DNA of 64,000 nucleotides from Anthoceros angustus (lineage: Eukaryota; Plantae; Anthocerotophyta), in the NCBI GenBank assembly GCA_010909165.1, contig MU008177.1, forward strand, positions 248,001 through 312,000, in the 5' to 3' direction. Below, piece after piece: positions 1 through 10,890 of the stretch (its first letter is position 1; each line of letters begins with the position of its first letter). The position numbers were made by a program, and so were the translations under genes. Below the pieces are notes generated by a model. That model had not been told where the DNA came from. It saw only the letters and a program-made list of their open reading frames with translations, and did no database searches.

Positions 1-3000
1 TGCGGAGATCAGGGAAATTGTCTGGATGCGGATTCCACACAAATGGAATATTATCAGGATCTCTTTCTGGTGGCTTGATGCCCTGCTGGACGCCGAGGTG
101 CTCCTTGACAGCACTAGTCCTGTTGTGATACCTCGGGTCCCCGATGATGGGTGGGGGCTTAAATCCATCAAACCTGTGCTTGCTCCATATGTTTTCTGGT
201 GGCCAGTAACCTGGAGTTGGCACGTTGTGCACAATGCCAGCATGTTCTGCCTGTTCCCGTGCTGGTATGCGGCGCAGAGTATGGATTTCTTGCTCTTGTC
301 GTCTGTCGATTCCCTTTGCAATCTCTTTATCCCGTTCTGACTCAGAGATATAAGGAGTGCGATCCAAAACATGAGCCAAGCGGTGCCTGCGGGCCTTGAC
401 CTCTGCATCAAGGTCTGGTGGGGGAGCCCAGTGTCCACCATAAGAGATCCGCAGCTTGGGTTGAGTGTTGCACTCGACATCTGGTACCATCCTCCTGCCC
501 CGAGGTCTGGTGTTCTTCTTCTCTTCAGTACGCACGTCCTCAACCATCTAAGGATTCATTTGAAACACGTGGATAGGGTAAGTACAGACAAATTCATAGC
601 TGAGAGTTCACCTTGACCAAGCACTACAGGCAAGACTATGGGTTCCAAACTTACGAGTTTTCCTCCCTTGGGGAAGCACTCGTTCCAGTACTCAAGCAAC
701 TTATCAGCAGGCAGATTCTTGTCAATGCGAGGATGGTAAAGAACAGGATGAGACTGATATCTCCTGCAAAAGCATCAGCGAACATGTTAAAATAACAAGG
801 CAGTTTAAATGCAGGTGCTTGTCCAGACCCCAATCGAAGGAGTTTGCTATCATAGCCTTGTGAAGAAGGTGAAGGCCCTTACTCTTGTACGCAAGCCTTG
901 TTAAGAGGAATGTGAGTCTCATCCTCATCATCAGCATTAAGATGTCCGTGCACTGTGCTTCTGTAAAATGGAGGATTCCAAAGCGTTGGGTCCAAAATCT
1001 CCTTAGGCTTCACGCGCCGATCAACACGTATGCCCATGAACCGCTTCTCCGTTTCTTCCTGTCAACAAAGACAACGATCCAATTGATGCCAACAACAGGA
1101 GTCTAATTTGGGCTCACAGGCAACGGTTTAAGCCTCAAGTCATGGAATCAAAGGGAAAGAAACAGTTTTTGAACTTCAAAAGACGGACCTTTGTGATATC
1201 ATGCTTGAGAGGATCTCGCAACCCACTTGTAGTATACTTTCCATCCAGCCTTCCTCTTGCAAATGGATCATACTCTTTCAAATTAATGATGTCCCTGAAC
1301 ACTCTCTTGTGGTTGGATTGATTGATATACTCATAGTGATAATGCGCTGGCAAAGCGTTCCATGTTAGATAGACGGCAGAGACAAAAGCCTGTCGACTGT
1401 ATCAACTCTTGTAAAAGTAAGTGAAAGGTCAGCCATACACCAACATGATACATATTGTAGAAAACTCACTGTTTTTATTCATGATATCATCAACACTCAA
1501 AGCATCCATATTCCTGTCCACTTGATCTTGGATATATCTGAATACATATCTGACCCAATCACGATGCATCTGCTCTTTAGCTTCATCATCCTTCCTTTGC
1601 GCATTGTCCAGAGCTGTTAGGCATTCCTTAACAGTTGGTTCTTTACCAGCGATCCCATCTTCAATAACACTAATGTCCTCCATCAACTTGTCATGTTCTT
1701 TTGCATCTTTGATTGCCTTGCGCTTCATGCACAACTGAATACAAGACAACAACATACCATGTGCTTTTTCATAGCTAGATTGATGCAACAGTGTGTGCCC
1801 CAGGCCATTCCCTTGAATCCTTGCAAACAATCTTCAAGCTTGCCTAAGGTTCAGTGACTCAAATTCAGAGTGACGAACAATCTCTGCATCATCTTTTGGC
1901 AGATCATATTAATCGGACGGCAGAATCAAATCCAAAAGAATCCCTGTCGACCATTCCTCAGGAGAATCTAAGCTCCACCAACAAGTTGGCTCACCTCCAA
2001 TTCCTCAGGAGTATGGTTGATCAGCTTGTGTTCTCTCTTATACGGCAGGTGCCCCAGTTGCTGGCACAGCCAGCCCCGCCCATGTTTTCCTTCTTCAGGG
2101 TCAGGCAGTACAGTTGGCGGCCACTCCACAGTCTCGGCTGTCTGGCAGGCTGGGTCAAGTCCAGCACAGACCCGTTTTGAAAGACACAGGATCTCAAGCT
2201 CACCGACAATACCAACCGGATACGTCAGGCCTTAGGGCTTTCCCACCCGGCACGCCTTGAGTCCCTCCTCCTCCCTCTCCTGCTCGCATCACTGCTTCCT
2301 TTGCTTGCATCCCTGCTTCCTTTGCTCGCGACCCTGCTATCTCGGCTGCCTCGGCCGGGTCCACGTATCCACAGCCATCCAGATTCGGACATCCCACCAG
2401 AAAACTAGGCACCAGAGGCCCTGGGATGAAGTAGTCGATGTCACCATGGTCCTCAGCAGTTCTAATCACTCCCGTCTCCGGCATACCCTTGGGATTGTTC
2501 CACTGGTCCCATTTCGCAACAGGAACAGGGTACTCCTCCTCCGTATCAGACGACTCCGATTCCTCAGGCTGTTGCCCACCAGCAATCACACGGAAATCGT
2601 TGAGACGCCCATAGCCCCAGGCAAACCAGCATTCCTAAACATGACTAACCCGAATGTATATCCGACTCCCGGTGGACGGGATCCTGATCTTGTGAGGCGG
2701 AACTGGGAAGGGCCTCTTCTTGGGCGGCGGCTTAGGAGGTTCCTGCAATCAAATCGTCTCATGATCATTTGCCATCTACTAAACTTGCTTCCATCAAGAA
2801 AACACCCACGATCAATCCCGCGCCTTACTACCTCTTCCTTGGGAGGCTCCCCAGTCTCCAGAGTTTGAACCTCGATATCCTGCGTCAGCCCGTCTGCGCT
2901 GACACAACCGGCGCACAGCATCTGCCGCTTGTTCCGCACTTCATCAGTCTGTATCTCCTCATGTTGCACTACCGGGACTCTCTTTTTCTTGGGCTTGGGG

Positions 3001-3182
3001 AAGTGGAAAAAGGGCCCCTTGCGAGACAAATCTTTTCGAGCTTTATGATCACCTTCCACCGATGTGAAGGCATGGCCAGAAGCATCTGGGACCTTGATTT
3101 TGCTCTTACGTATTTTCTCCTTCGCCCCTTCACAAACCCCGGCCGCACCAGGACAATTTTCACATTCCAGTGGAATCTTCAT
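1..3182 (-). CDS. Unidentified multi-exon protein-coding gene, 3' end beyond the window
   Basis: Chain of minus-strand open segments (MKIPLECENC... at 3182; EPPKPPPKKRPFPVPPH; 2200-2589; 1429-1830; 1135-1353; EETEKRFMGIRVDRR; open frame from about 560 to 1) separated by plausible short GT-AG introns. No family motif recognised; exon model approximate. Confidence 0.5.
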
Positions 3183-3474
3183 CGTCCCAGGACTAGGCAA
3201 ACAAGAAACAGAACCTTCACATCATCATCGCAGGCCAGACACAACGCCGGCCCATCTCATGAAATCGATTGCGCAATGGAATCCTCTGTCAAGCCAACAA
3301 AAAAGGCTGATGTGGCTGCCTCTCGACAAACGCTCATCTCCTAAACCTAACTGGCTGTTAAAGTATCTACAAGCCAAGCAACTCTGGTTACCCACCTACT
3401 GAGTACCGACATATCCTATATACAACCAGAGCACTAGAGATCAACACAGCAGAGCAGCAGCAGCAGCAGCTCCT

Positions 3475-5961
3475 CTATTCTACAGCTGCGAACCGAATTC
3501 TGCACAGAAAGTGCGGCTTCACTCGCTTGGCGTCGTAGACAACGTACTCGTTGTAGTCCAGAAGCATATCATCTGCGTCCTCCACTTTCTTCAATTTTCC
3601 CAAGGGAACCGTGACCTCCACCTTATCGTCCAGCTTCATGGTGGTGCCCTGTTCCGGATCCGGCTGCTTCCTGCCCAGGGCCTTGACGCCCATATTCTCC
3701 TTCTCATACTCTTTGACGTCCTTCTCAGGCTTGGGCAGCTCCACAATGTTATCCCCCAGCCCCACCACGGAAAGGACCACCATCCCCTCAGGCCTGTCCA
3801 CGGCAGTGCGTCCATACATGGCGGCCTTGGCAGAGGAGTCGTAGCAGTAATACCCTCTCCCGAACAAGTGTCCTGGAACAGGAGCATCGAAGAGCGACCT
3901 GGGCGCGCCGTACTTGAGCCAGCGCACCATGTTGCAGGTCCTGGCTCCGCACCACAGCAGCACCTTGTTGGGGACATCCGCCAGATCCTCCAGCTTCGGC
4001 ACGTCGGGCGACTCGGAATCAATCTGCACCACATCCTCCAGAACCACTCCGAACTCGCCATCCTGGAACTTGAGAGGCTCGAACGTGTTGGACAGGTACT
4101 TGAAGATGGTCTTGTACACCTCCCCAGACCTGTCCAGTGGCGTCATCTTGCAGCCCATCCTCTGGTACCCTTCGCTCATGTGGTCGTCAATGGTAGCCCC
4201 CGTCATGTCCCCGATCACCTGCGACGCAATACTGATATCCCGCACCGAGTCCGTAGCAATCGCCACAACACCTGCTATATCCTCCATCGTTCTGGCCACA
4301 AACGGATGCGGCGAGGGCACCAGACTGTATATCCTGTTGCTGAACGACAAGCATTTCTGCTCGTGCGTGAAGTCATGCTTGGGCTGCTTCATGTATTCCA
4401 CGAACTGCGCCACCGCATCCTGACACCGAACCACCTGGAAGTCCGTCACATTCCCGTCTGGAGAATCCGGCGGATTTATGCCCATCTCCTCCATGCAAAA
4501 CCTATACGTCTCCTCATTAAACAGCGCCTTCAGGTAGACCTTCACCCGCGGATCCAGCTTACAGTGCAGCGCAGCAGGCCCGACCTGCCTCACCCGCAAC
4601 GCCCCCGCACGAACCTCCACACCGTCAAACATATCAATCGGACAAAACTTCATCACCTTCTTCTCAAACTTCTTCTCCCTCTCCCACGGCTCAAACGGAT
4701 TCCCCGTCAAATTCTCAAAGATCTTCACGAACTCCCGAATCCCCTTCTTCACCGAGGCCATCACGTCCAGCCTCTCATCCTTGGGCTTCCGCCTGCCGAT
4801 CCTCCCAGACTTGTAATACATATACAACTCCCCGGACGGCATCACAACCAACTGATGGCATACGTAATCATTCACATTCATGGCCTGATCGCAGAGCGTG
4901 AGGCAGCAATTATAGATGATATCGTCCTTCTCAAATATCTTCCCTCCTTCCTCCTCCAGCTCGCTGTCCTTATGCACCGACCTCTTCCCGGCCACCTTGA
5001 GCTCCGCCATGAGAGGCAGCGGCTCGTCCCCGGGCGCGTCCAGCGCCTCAGGCGGCAACCCTAGCAGGCTAGGCAGCTCCGCTCTCAGATCGTAGTCCTC
5101 GAACGGGAGCCGCTTCTTCTTCTCAATGCAGTCCATCAACCAGTCCTCCCTCACGATCGGAATCCCTATATCCACCGCCTCCGCCACCTTCTCCGAGGAC
5201 CCGCCCTCGAGGTCCCTTCTCCCCGTCACCACGCAGTCCATATCTTTCCCCAAGCGCTTCGCCACCTTCCCCCCGTACTTCTCCACGTCCTGCGTCCACA
5301 CATAGTGTGGCTTGCTCAGCCGCCCGGCCAACATGAGCGTCATCCCCTCCAGCGGCTTCTCCAACGTCTCCAGCTTCCGCACCGGCCTCTTGCCGGGGTC
5401 CTGCGACTTCTCCCACTCCCGCAGGAACTTGCTCTTCTTCTTCACGTCTTCCGGGACCTTCCATGCCTCCTTCTTCCTCTCCGCCTCCTTGGCCGTGTAG
5501 CTGCACTTGGCCCAGGCCGACACGAACCCCAGGCACCGGTACACCGTGCGCGCGAACTCCCTCCCGCCCTCGCACACCGGGCACCGCTCCAGCGGGCCGT
5601 ACACCATCTGGTCGGCGCACCGCTCCACCACCGCATCCTCCTCCCCGGAGCTGTCCAACCCGTTCGCTTCCAGCATTTCCCGCACCTCCTCCACGCTCAG
5701 CTCCTTCTCCAGACACTCTACCACCCGATCGTGCAGCTTCTCCGCCTCCTCATCCTGCTCCTCTTTCTGCCCCTGCTCCCCGTCCTCCTCCTCTTCCTCC
5801 TTCTTCCCGCCCTTGGCGTCGTGCTTGGCGTCCCCCTTCTTCCCGTGATGCGTGCCCTTGTGCGCGCCTCCCTTCTTCTTGTGCTCCACCTTCTGCTTCT
5901 TCACCCCGTGCCCGTCCTCCTCCCCCGCATCCTTCCCGTTCTGCGACTTCGTCTTCGCCAT
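3475..5961 (-). CDS. PARP3: Plant PARP3-type poly(ADP-ribose) polymerase, intronless
   Basis: Single ORF with likely start MAKTKSQ at 5961. Domains in order: PADR1/Zn3 (ERCADQMVYGPLERCPVC...CLGFVSAWAKC), BRCT (LAGRLSK...GGKV...IVREDWLMDCI), WGR-like (YYKSGRIG), regulatory domain, catalytic domain (LLWCGAR, HLFGRGYYCYD, DYNEYVVYD). His-to-Cys in LLWxG is diagnostic of PARP3. Confidence 0.93.
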   Translation of the reverse strand: MAKTKSQNGKDAGEEDGHGVKKQKVEHKKKGGAHKGTHHGKKGDAKHDAKGGKKEEEEEDGEQGQKEEQDEEAEKLHDRVVECLEKELSVEEVREMLEANGLDSSGEEDAVVERCADQMVYGPLERCPVCEGGREFARTVYRCLGFVSAWAKCSYTAKEAERKKEAWKVPEDVKKKSKFLREWEKSQDPGKRPVRKLETLEKPLEGMTLMLAGRLSKPHYVWTQDVEKYGGKVAKRLGKDMDCVVTGRRDLEGGSSEKVAEAVDIGIPIVREDWLMDCIEKKKRLPFEDYDLRAELPSLLGLPPEALDAPGDEPLPLMAELKVAGKRSVHKDSELEEEGGKIFEKDDIIYNCCLTLCDQAMNVNDYVCHQLVVMPSGELYMYYKSGRIGRRKPKDERLDVMASVKKGIREFVKIFENLTGNPFEPWEREKKFEKKVMKFCPIDMFDGVEVRAGALRVRQVGPAALHCKLDPRVKVYLKALFNEETYRFCMEEMGINPPDSPDGNVTDFQVVRCQDAVAQFVEYMKQPKHDFTHEQKCLSFSNRIYSLVPSPHPFVARTMEDIAGVVAIATDSVRDISIASQVIGDMTGATIDDHMSEGYQRMGCKMTPLDRSGEVYKTIFKYLSNTFEPLKFQDGEFGVVLEDVVQIDSESPDVPKLEDLADVPNKVLLWCGARTCNMVRWLKYGAPRSLFDAPVPGHLFGRGYYCYDSSAKAAMYGRTAVDRPEGMVVLSVVGLGDNIVELPKPEKDVKEYEKENMGVKALGRKQPDPEQGTTMKLDDKVEVTVPLGKLKKVEDADDMLLDYNEYVVYDAKRVKPHFLCRIRFAAVE

Positions 5962-6082
5962 CGCCGCAAGCGCCTGCCGGCCCGCCAACACTCGATCCTC
6001 AGCTGCGGCTTCCGCTCCCGACCTCGATCCCTCTCCCGCGCAAAAGGAGCTCCGAGCGTGGAATCGGCGCGGGCCGAGGCCG

Positions 6083-6141
6083 ACGTGGTCGGCCTGCATG
6101 GCGAGCGCGATGCAGCTCGCGCCACCTCCATCCCCACGCGT
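6083..6141. promoter_or_regulatory. Putative ABRE + RY + CE3-like motif cluster upstream of PARP3
   Basis: ACGTGG 6083-6088, TGCATG (CATGCA on minus) 6095-6100, ACGCGTG on minus 6135-6141; 120-180 nt upstream of the PARP3 ATG. Confidence 0.4.
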
Positions 6142-6319
6142 TCATCACCCGACATAACTGGCTTCCTCGCGGCGTGAACAAGGTGTGAAGTGTCCTTCCT
6201 GTTCGTTCCCGGCATAACCTCCACTAAAATGCAGCCTTTGCAATGTACGAAATTCATGTATGACGGTATGTCCGTATTAAAAATATTGAAGGAATCCATG
6301 GAGCGAGTGGAACTGGAAC

Positions 6320-6405
6320 AGTGGAACAACTTGAAGCTAAGTTTAGCTTTTTAATCTTTTATGCAGAGCTAGTGGAACAACTTGAAGCTAAGTTTAGGTT
6401 TTAAG
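6320..6405. repeat. Short direct repeat in the PARP3/ABC1K intergenic region
   Basis: AGTGGAACAACTTGAAGCTAAGTTTAG occurs twice about 50 nt apart. Confidence 0.8.
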
Positions 6406-6889
6406 CACACACACAAACGTTGTGGGAAGGGAGGAGAGTGGAGCGTCTGGGACAGAAAGACATGGACCAACGCGACCTCTTCCCTTGCGTGCCCGATGCG
6501 ATGCGATGCGATGGCAATGGCTATGTGCTCGCACATAAACCCTAAACCCCAAACGGATGAAGATGAAGGAGCGAGGCGCGATGGGAGCGACCACGGACGC
6601 CGCGTGTCTGCGGAGTCGAGTGGCATGGAGCGATCCTGCAGCTGGCCACCACGTAGCTCCACAAGCCCCAGCAGCCCGGTAGATCGGCACTTCTGCTGGC
6701 ATCCCAGCATGGGACGCTGGAGCTTCCATCCGCCGCGCGCAGTGTGCCATCCTCATGCGGAGGCCAGCTCGTATGTGGTCGTGGTGTTTGTGGCGCGCCA
6801 GGAGATCATGTTCGGCCGCTGACGCCTCTGGGAGCTGCCTCTTCTGATTTGGAGAATTCGGAGACCATGTGCATCTGCGCGGGTGGCTG

Positions 6890-9229
6890 ATGAGGAATGC
6901 AGCACTGCAGGTATGGCCGCGGCTCCGCGGGCCCGGGGCTTGCGGTTCCGTGGCGGCCGGGAGGGGGAGATCTGGATTTGAGCTCGCTCGGGGCATGCGG
7001 ACTGCGGCAGGGGCGGGGAAGCAGGCTCCTTGGGAGAATTATGATCCGGAGGCGTTTTCCGACTACTACTGGTACCGGCCGTTCCATGTGCTGCACAGGG
7101 CCGCGGCGATTGTGGCGGAGATGGCCATGCTCAGCTTCTGGCAGGTGGCGGAGAAGGACATCCGGAGGCGGGCTGCCAAGCTGCGGCAGAGCCTCATTCG
7201 GCTGGGCCCGTTTTACATCAAGCTGGGGCAGGCGCTGAGCACGCGGCCGGACGTGATGCCGAACGCCTACTGCGTGGAGCTTGCCAAGCTGCAAGATCGG
7301 ATTCCGCCTTTTCCGACTCCGCAGGCGCTGCGGTTTATGCGGGAGCAGCTCGGGGCTGCGCCGTCCGAGCTGTTCGCGAACATCAGTGAGGAGCCCGTGG
7401 CTGCGGCTTCGCTGGGCCAGGTGTACAAGGCCCGGCTGCATACTGGTGAGTTGGTTGCTGTGAAGGTGCAAAGGCCGGGCATGCTTGTGAGATTGGCCCT
7501 GGATGCTCATTTGCTGCGTTTGGTGGGAGGGCGTTGGCAGAGGTTCACCGGAGGCCGGGATATCGTGCCTGTTGTGGATGAGCTGGTTGGCCGCATGTTC
7601 GAAGAAGTGGATTATATTCGAGAAGGGCAGAATGCAGAGCGGTTTGCGCGGCTGTATGGTTTGGATGACCCTGACGATCATGATGAGACGAATAGACGGC
7701 GGAGGAGTGCCAGCACCGGTCGGAGGAAGGAGGGGTCTGTGAAGGTACCCAAGGTGTATTGGAATTTCACCACCAAAAGTGTCCTTACCATGGAATGGAT
7801 TGAGGGGATCAAGTTGACTGACGGGGAGAAGTTGAGCCAGCTGCACTTGAATGCACAGGATCTTGTGGATCAAGGAGTGCTCTGTTCTCTCAAGCAGTTG
7901 CTGGAGGAAGGCTTCTTCCATGCTGATCCGCATCCTGGCAACCTTGTGGTGACCAAGGAGGGCGTGCTTGCGTACTTTGACTTCGGTATGATGAGCGAAA
8001 TCCGTCGGGCATACCGTGTTGGTCTGATTCGGACGTTGGTGCACTATGTGAATCGGGACTCACTGGGCTTGGCAAACGACTTCATAGTGCTAGGGTTTCT
8101 TCCGCTAGGTTCTGACATCGAACCCGTGGCTCGTGCTCTGCAGCTGTCGCTGGGTGAGGAAGGGAGTACAGCCAACTCTGATTTCCAAGGTGTTATGAGT
8201 CGGCTGTCGGATGTTATGCACCAGTTCAACTTTCGGCTGCCAGCAGAGTATGCAATGGTAATCAGAGCGTTGGGATCTTTGGAGGGAACAGCGACAACTC
8301 TGGATCCTGAATTCAAAGTGGTGTCTAGAGCCTATCCCTTTGTCGTTGGAAGGCTCCTGGCGGATCCCGATCCAGAGATGAGGGAAATCCTTCGAGAGCT
8401 GCTCATCCGACAGGATGGTAAAATCAGGTGGCGGCGTCTGGAACGACTTGTTATTGCCATTGCTGAAGAAGCTGCAGAGTCTGTTGCCCCTGAATCTGTT
8501 CTGGACGGGGAGGATGCTCCGAGCAGGAAACGAGTTGGAATCCGGGGTTCTTTTGATACCCGAGCGGTTGCGTCGGCTACCAAGGATGTTCTAGAGTACA
8601 TCTTCTCACCCAAAGGGATGAAGGTTAGAATTTACCTAGCTCAAGACATATTGCAGGCATTTGATATGCTTCTTGCCAGTCTCTTGGAAAGTTACCTTCA
8701 ACTTGAACAAACATTGGGTGGAATGGTCTGGCCTAGCGACGGATCAGAAGAGTTTGTTGCTTCGGCTTCTTCTAGCACAGATTCTGGTACCACAGACACA
8801 GATAATGCAAGGAAGAAAGAAGACTGGAGAAAAATTTTTGCACCCGCTGCCGATCGATTCTGGGAGTTATCATACTGGAAAACGTTCTGGTACACGAAGA
8901 TTTGGGGTGAGCCGGTTGTGCCCGATGTCAAGGCATACCAAGTCCGAAGCCAGGCGGGAGACATTCCCAAGTCCAAGCGACATGTTGCAAGTGCTTACTC
9001 GGCTAAGGAGTTCGAAGCAAGGGTAAGAAAGGGTCTCTCTGCATTTGCAGCTGCTGTTGAACAGGCCCCGGAAATTTGGGGTCCCTTGCTGCTGGGCGTT
9101 GCTGCTAAGCCTGAAGCCCGAGCTTTTCTTTCTGCGTTGACTGCTGCTGTATTTGATACATACTGTGGCAGAACTTCCGAAGCTACTTGGCTTCTCATGT
9201 CCAAAAAATTACATGATCATTATGGATAA
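6890..9229 (+). CDS. ABC1K: ABC1/UbiB-family atypical kinase (ABC1K), intronless, probably organellar
   Basis: FYIKLGQALSTRPD, LQDRIPPF, AAASLGQVYKA, VAVKVQRPG, FFHADPHPGN, YFDFGMM motifs. First in-frame ATG at 6890 (track start 6869 is GTG); Arg/Ala-rich N-terminus resembles a transit peptide. Confidence 0.93.
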   Translation: MRNAALQVWPRLRGPGACGSVAAGRGRSGFELARGMRTAAGAGKQAPWENYDPEAFSDYYWYRPFHVLHRAAAIVAEMAMLSFWQVAEKDIRRRAAKLRQSLIRLGPFYIKLGQALSTRPDVMPNAYCVELAKLQDRIPPFPTPQALRFMREQLGAAPSELFANISEEPVAAASLGQVYKARLHTGELVAVKVQRPGMLVRLALDAHLLRLVGGRWQRFTGGRDIVPVVDELVGRMFEEVDYIREGQNAERFARLYGLDDPDDHDETNRRRRSASTGRRKEGSVKVPKVYWNFTTKSVLTMEWIEGIKLTDGEKLSQLHLNAQDLVDQGVLCSLKQLLEEGFFHADPHPGNLVVTKEGVLAYFDFGMMSEIRRAYRVGLIRTLVHYVNRDSLGLANDFIVLGFLPLGSDIEPVARALQLSLGEEGSTANSDFQGVMSRLSDVMHQFNFRLPAEYAMVIRALGSLEGTATTLDPEFKVVSRAYPFVVGRLLADPDPEMREILRELLIRQDGKIRWRRLERLVIAIAEEAAESVAPESVLDGEDAPSRKRVGIRGSFDTRAVASATKDVLEYIFSPKGMKVRIYLAQDILQAFDMLLASLLESYLQLEQTLGGMVWPSDGSEEFVASASSSTDSGTTDTDNARKKEDWRKIFAPAADRFWELSYWKTFWYTKIWGEPVVPDVKAYQVRSQAGDIPKSKRHVASAYSAKEFEARVRKGLSAFAAAVEQAPEIWGPLLLGVAAKPEARAFLSALTAAVFDTYCGRTSEATWLLMSKKLHDHYG

Positions 9230-9248
9230 AAGTGGTTTACAAGTGTAG

Positions 9249-9656
9249 AGTAACACCCCCTTTTCAGCGAGGTGGGGCAGTCACGCAGTTAGCGACAAAA
9301 ACATCACCGGACACCAGCACTAGGCCTCCAAGTAGCCCGCTGTCCTTCCACGGGACGACTCGCCTCGATCTCCTCCTCAACAGCTCTCCTCTAACACGCT
9401 CACACTCTAGGCTCCCAAGGCCTCTAGGCACCAAAGTGCTCACACTCTAGGCTCCCAAGGCCTCTAGGCACCAAAGTCCTATCAAGGCCTTGGCACCAAA
9501 GTGCTCACACTCTAGGCTCCCAAGGCCTCTAGGCACCAAAGTCCTATCCTCACAAGAGTGTAGCTCCCAAGTGCTAGGATCCTTCTAGACATGCTCACAC
9601 TCTAGGCTCCCAAGGCCTCTAGGCACCAAAGTCCTATCCTCAAGAGTCCTCTAACA
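9249..9656 (-). repeat. 3' LTR of the chromovirus with internal ~40-bp tandem repeats
   Basis: Begins TGTTAG (minus, 9656) after GGGTAA; four copies of CACACTCTAGGCTCCCAAGGCCTCTAGGCACCAAAGT between 9401 and 9640. Confidence 0.75.
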
Positions 9657-10890
9657 TTACCCAAACTGGATCTGAGATCCCACGCAACTTTACCATATAC
9701 TGCGGTACGATTCCACGTTTTATAGGCACGCTACTCTCTGCAAGGAATTCCTTAATTTCCCGCAGTCCTTGATTATGCTGCACGAGAACACTGTACTTCT
9801 TCTTGTCCATGTCTTCTTTCTCTTTGCCTGGCACAAATGGTTTCAATAGTGATACATGAAACACATTGTGTGCAAAAATCCATTCAGGCAGTTGTAACTT
9901 GTAAGCCACTTCTCCAATGCGCTTCAAGACTACAAATGGACCACCATATCTTGGCCTTAACTTAAGAGTTAATCCTTGAGGTAATGGGAAATGCTTCAAT
10001 TTCACCCATACTTTATCCCCAACGTTGAAGATAGTTTCTCTCACGTGCCAATCAGATATTTCTTCTGACATGCTTGAGCCTTGGCTAAAATTCGTTTGGC
10101 AATCTCATGCCTAGGCCTTCAACTGCTCAATGAATCGGCGTGGATCTCTAGTGGTAGTATTGAAAACTTCAGCATTTAGCAGGGATACCACGTCCAGTGC
10201 TGAATTTTTTCCCATCTCTAAAGGACTACATCTCAGAGAGCTGTGTGCAGTGTTGTTATAACAAAATTCTGCATCATCTAGATGATCAGTCCAATCCCTC
10301 TGATCAATCTGCACATAATGTCTTAAGTATTCTTCTTGGATTCGGTTGACTCGCTTGGTTGAGCCATCAGTATTTGGATGGAAAGCTGTGCTCATACATA
10401 ATTCCACATTCAAGCATTTCATCAAATGCTGCCGAAATTCTCCTGTGAACCTTGGATCCCTATCACTCACAATCTGCATAGGTAAGCCATGGTACTTGTA
10501 TACATACTTCTTAAACAAGTACCAAGCCGCCACCGTGTCTATTTGTAGGGATGAAATGTGCTTGTTTGGTGAATCTATCCACCACTTGTCATGATAGTAC
10601 AACCATTCTTGGGTGGCAAAGGCATGATAAAATCCATAGAGATACTCTTCCAAGGTCCACTTGGAATAGGTAGAAAGTAGCAAACCTCTTGGTTTAGCTT
10701 GCTCCACCTTATCTTGCTGACAAACAGCACATGCCTTGACATAATTCACTGTATCTTGATACATTCTCGGCCAGTAAAACAGCTTCCTTAGCTTCTCATA
10801 AGTGAGGTTAATTCCACGGTGACCTGCACTTGGCACATCATGACATTCAGCAAGCAATTTGCTCTTCAACTCTGAAGAATTTGGGATCAC
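9640..10890 (-). pseudogene. Frameshifted integrase-chromodomain remnant
   Basis: ORFs 10111-10890 and 9640-10071 carry Zn-binding, catalytic core, GPY/F and chromodomain-like segments broken by frameshifts. Confidence 0.85.

Noticed and set aside
3511-6188. Long antisense ORFs over PARP3, and similar shadows over ABC1K, the MFS gene and NF-YC
   Set aside because: Expected by-products of GC3-rich codon usage; no motifs.
9401-9640. CRISPR-like repeat arrays (also 31212, 34720, 48400)
   Set aside because: Eukaryotic context, no unique spacers, no cas genes; these are LTR or minisatellite repeats.
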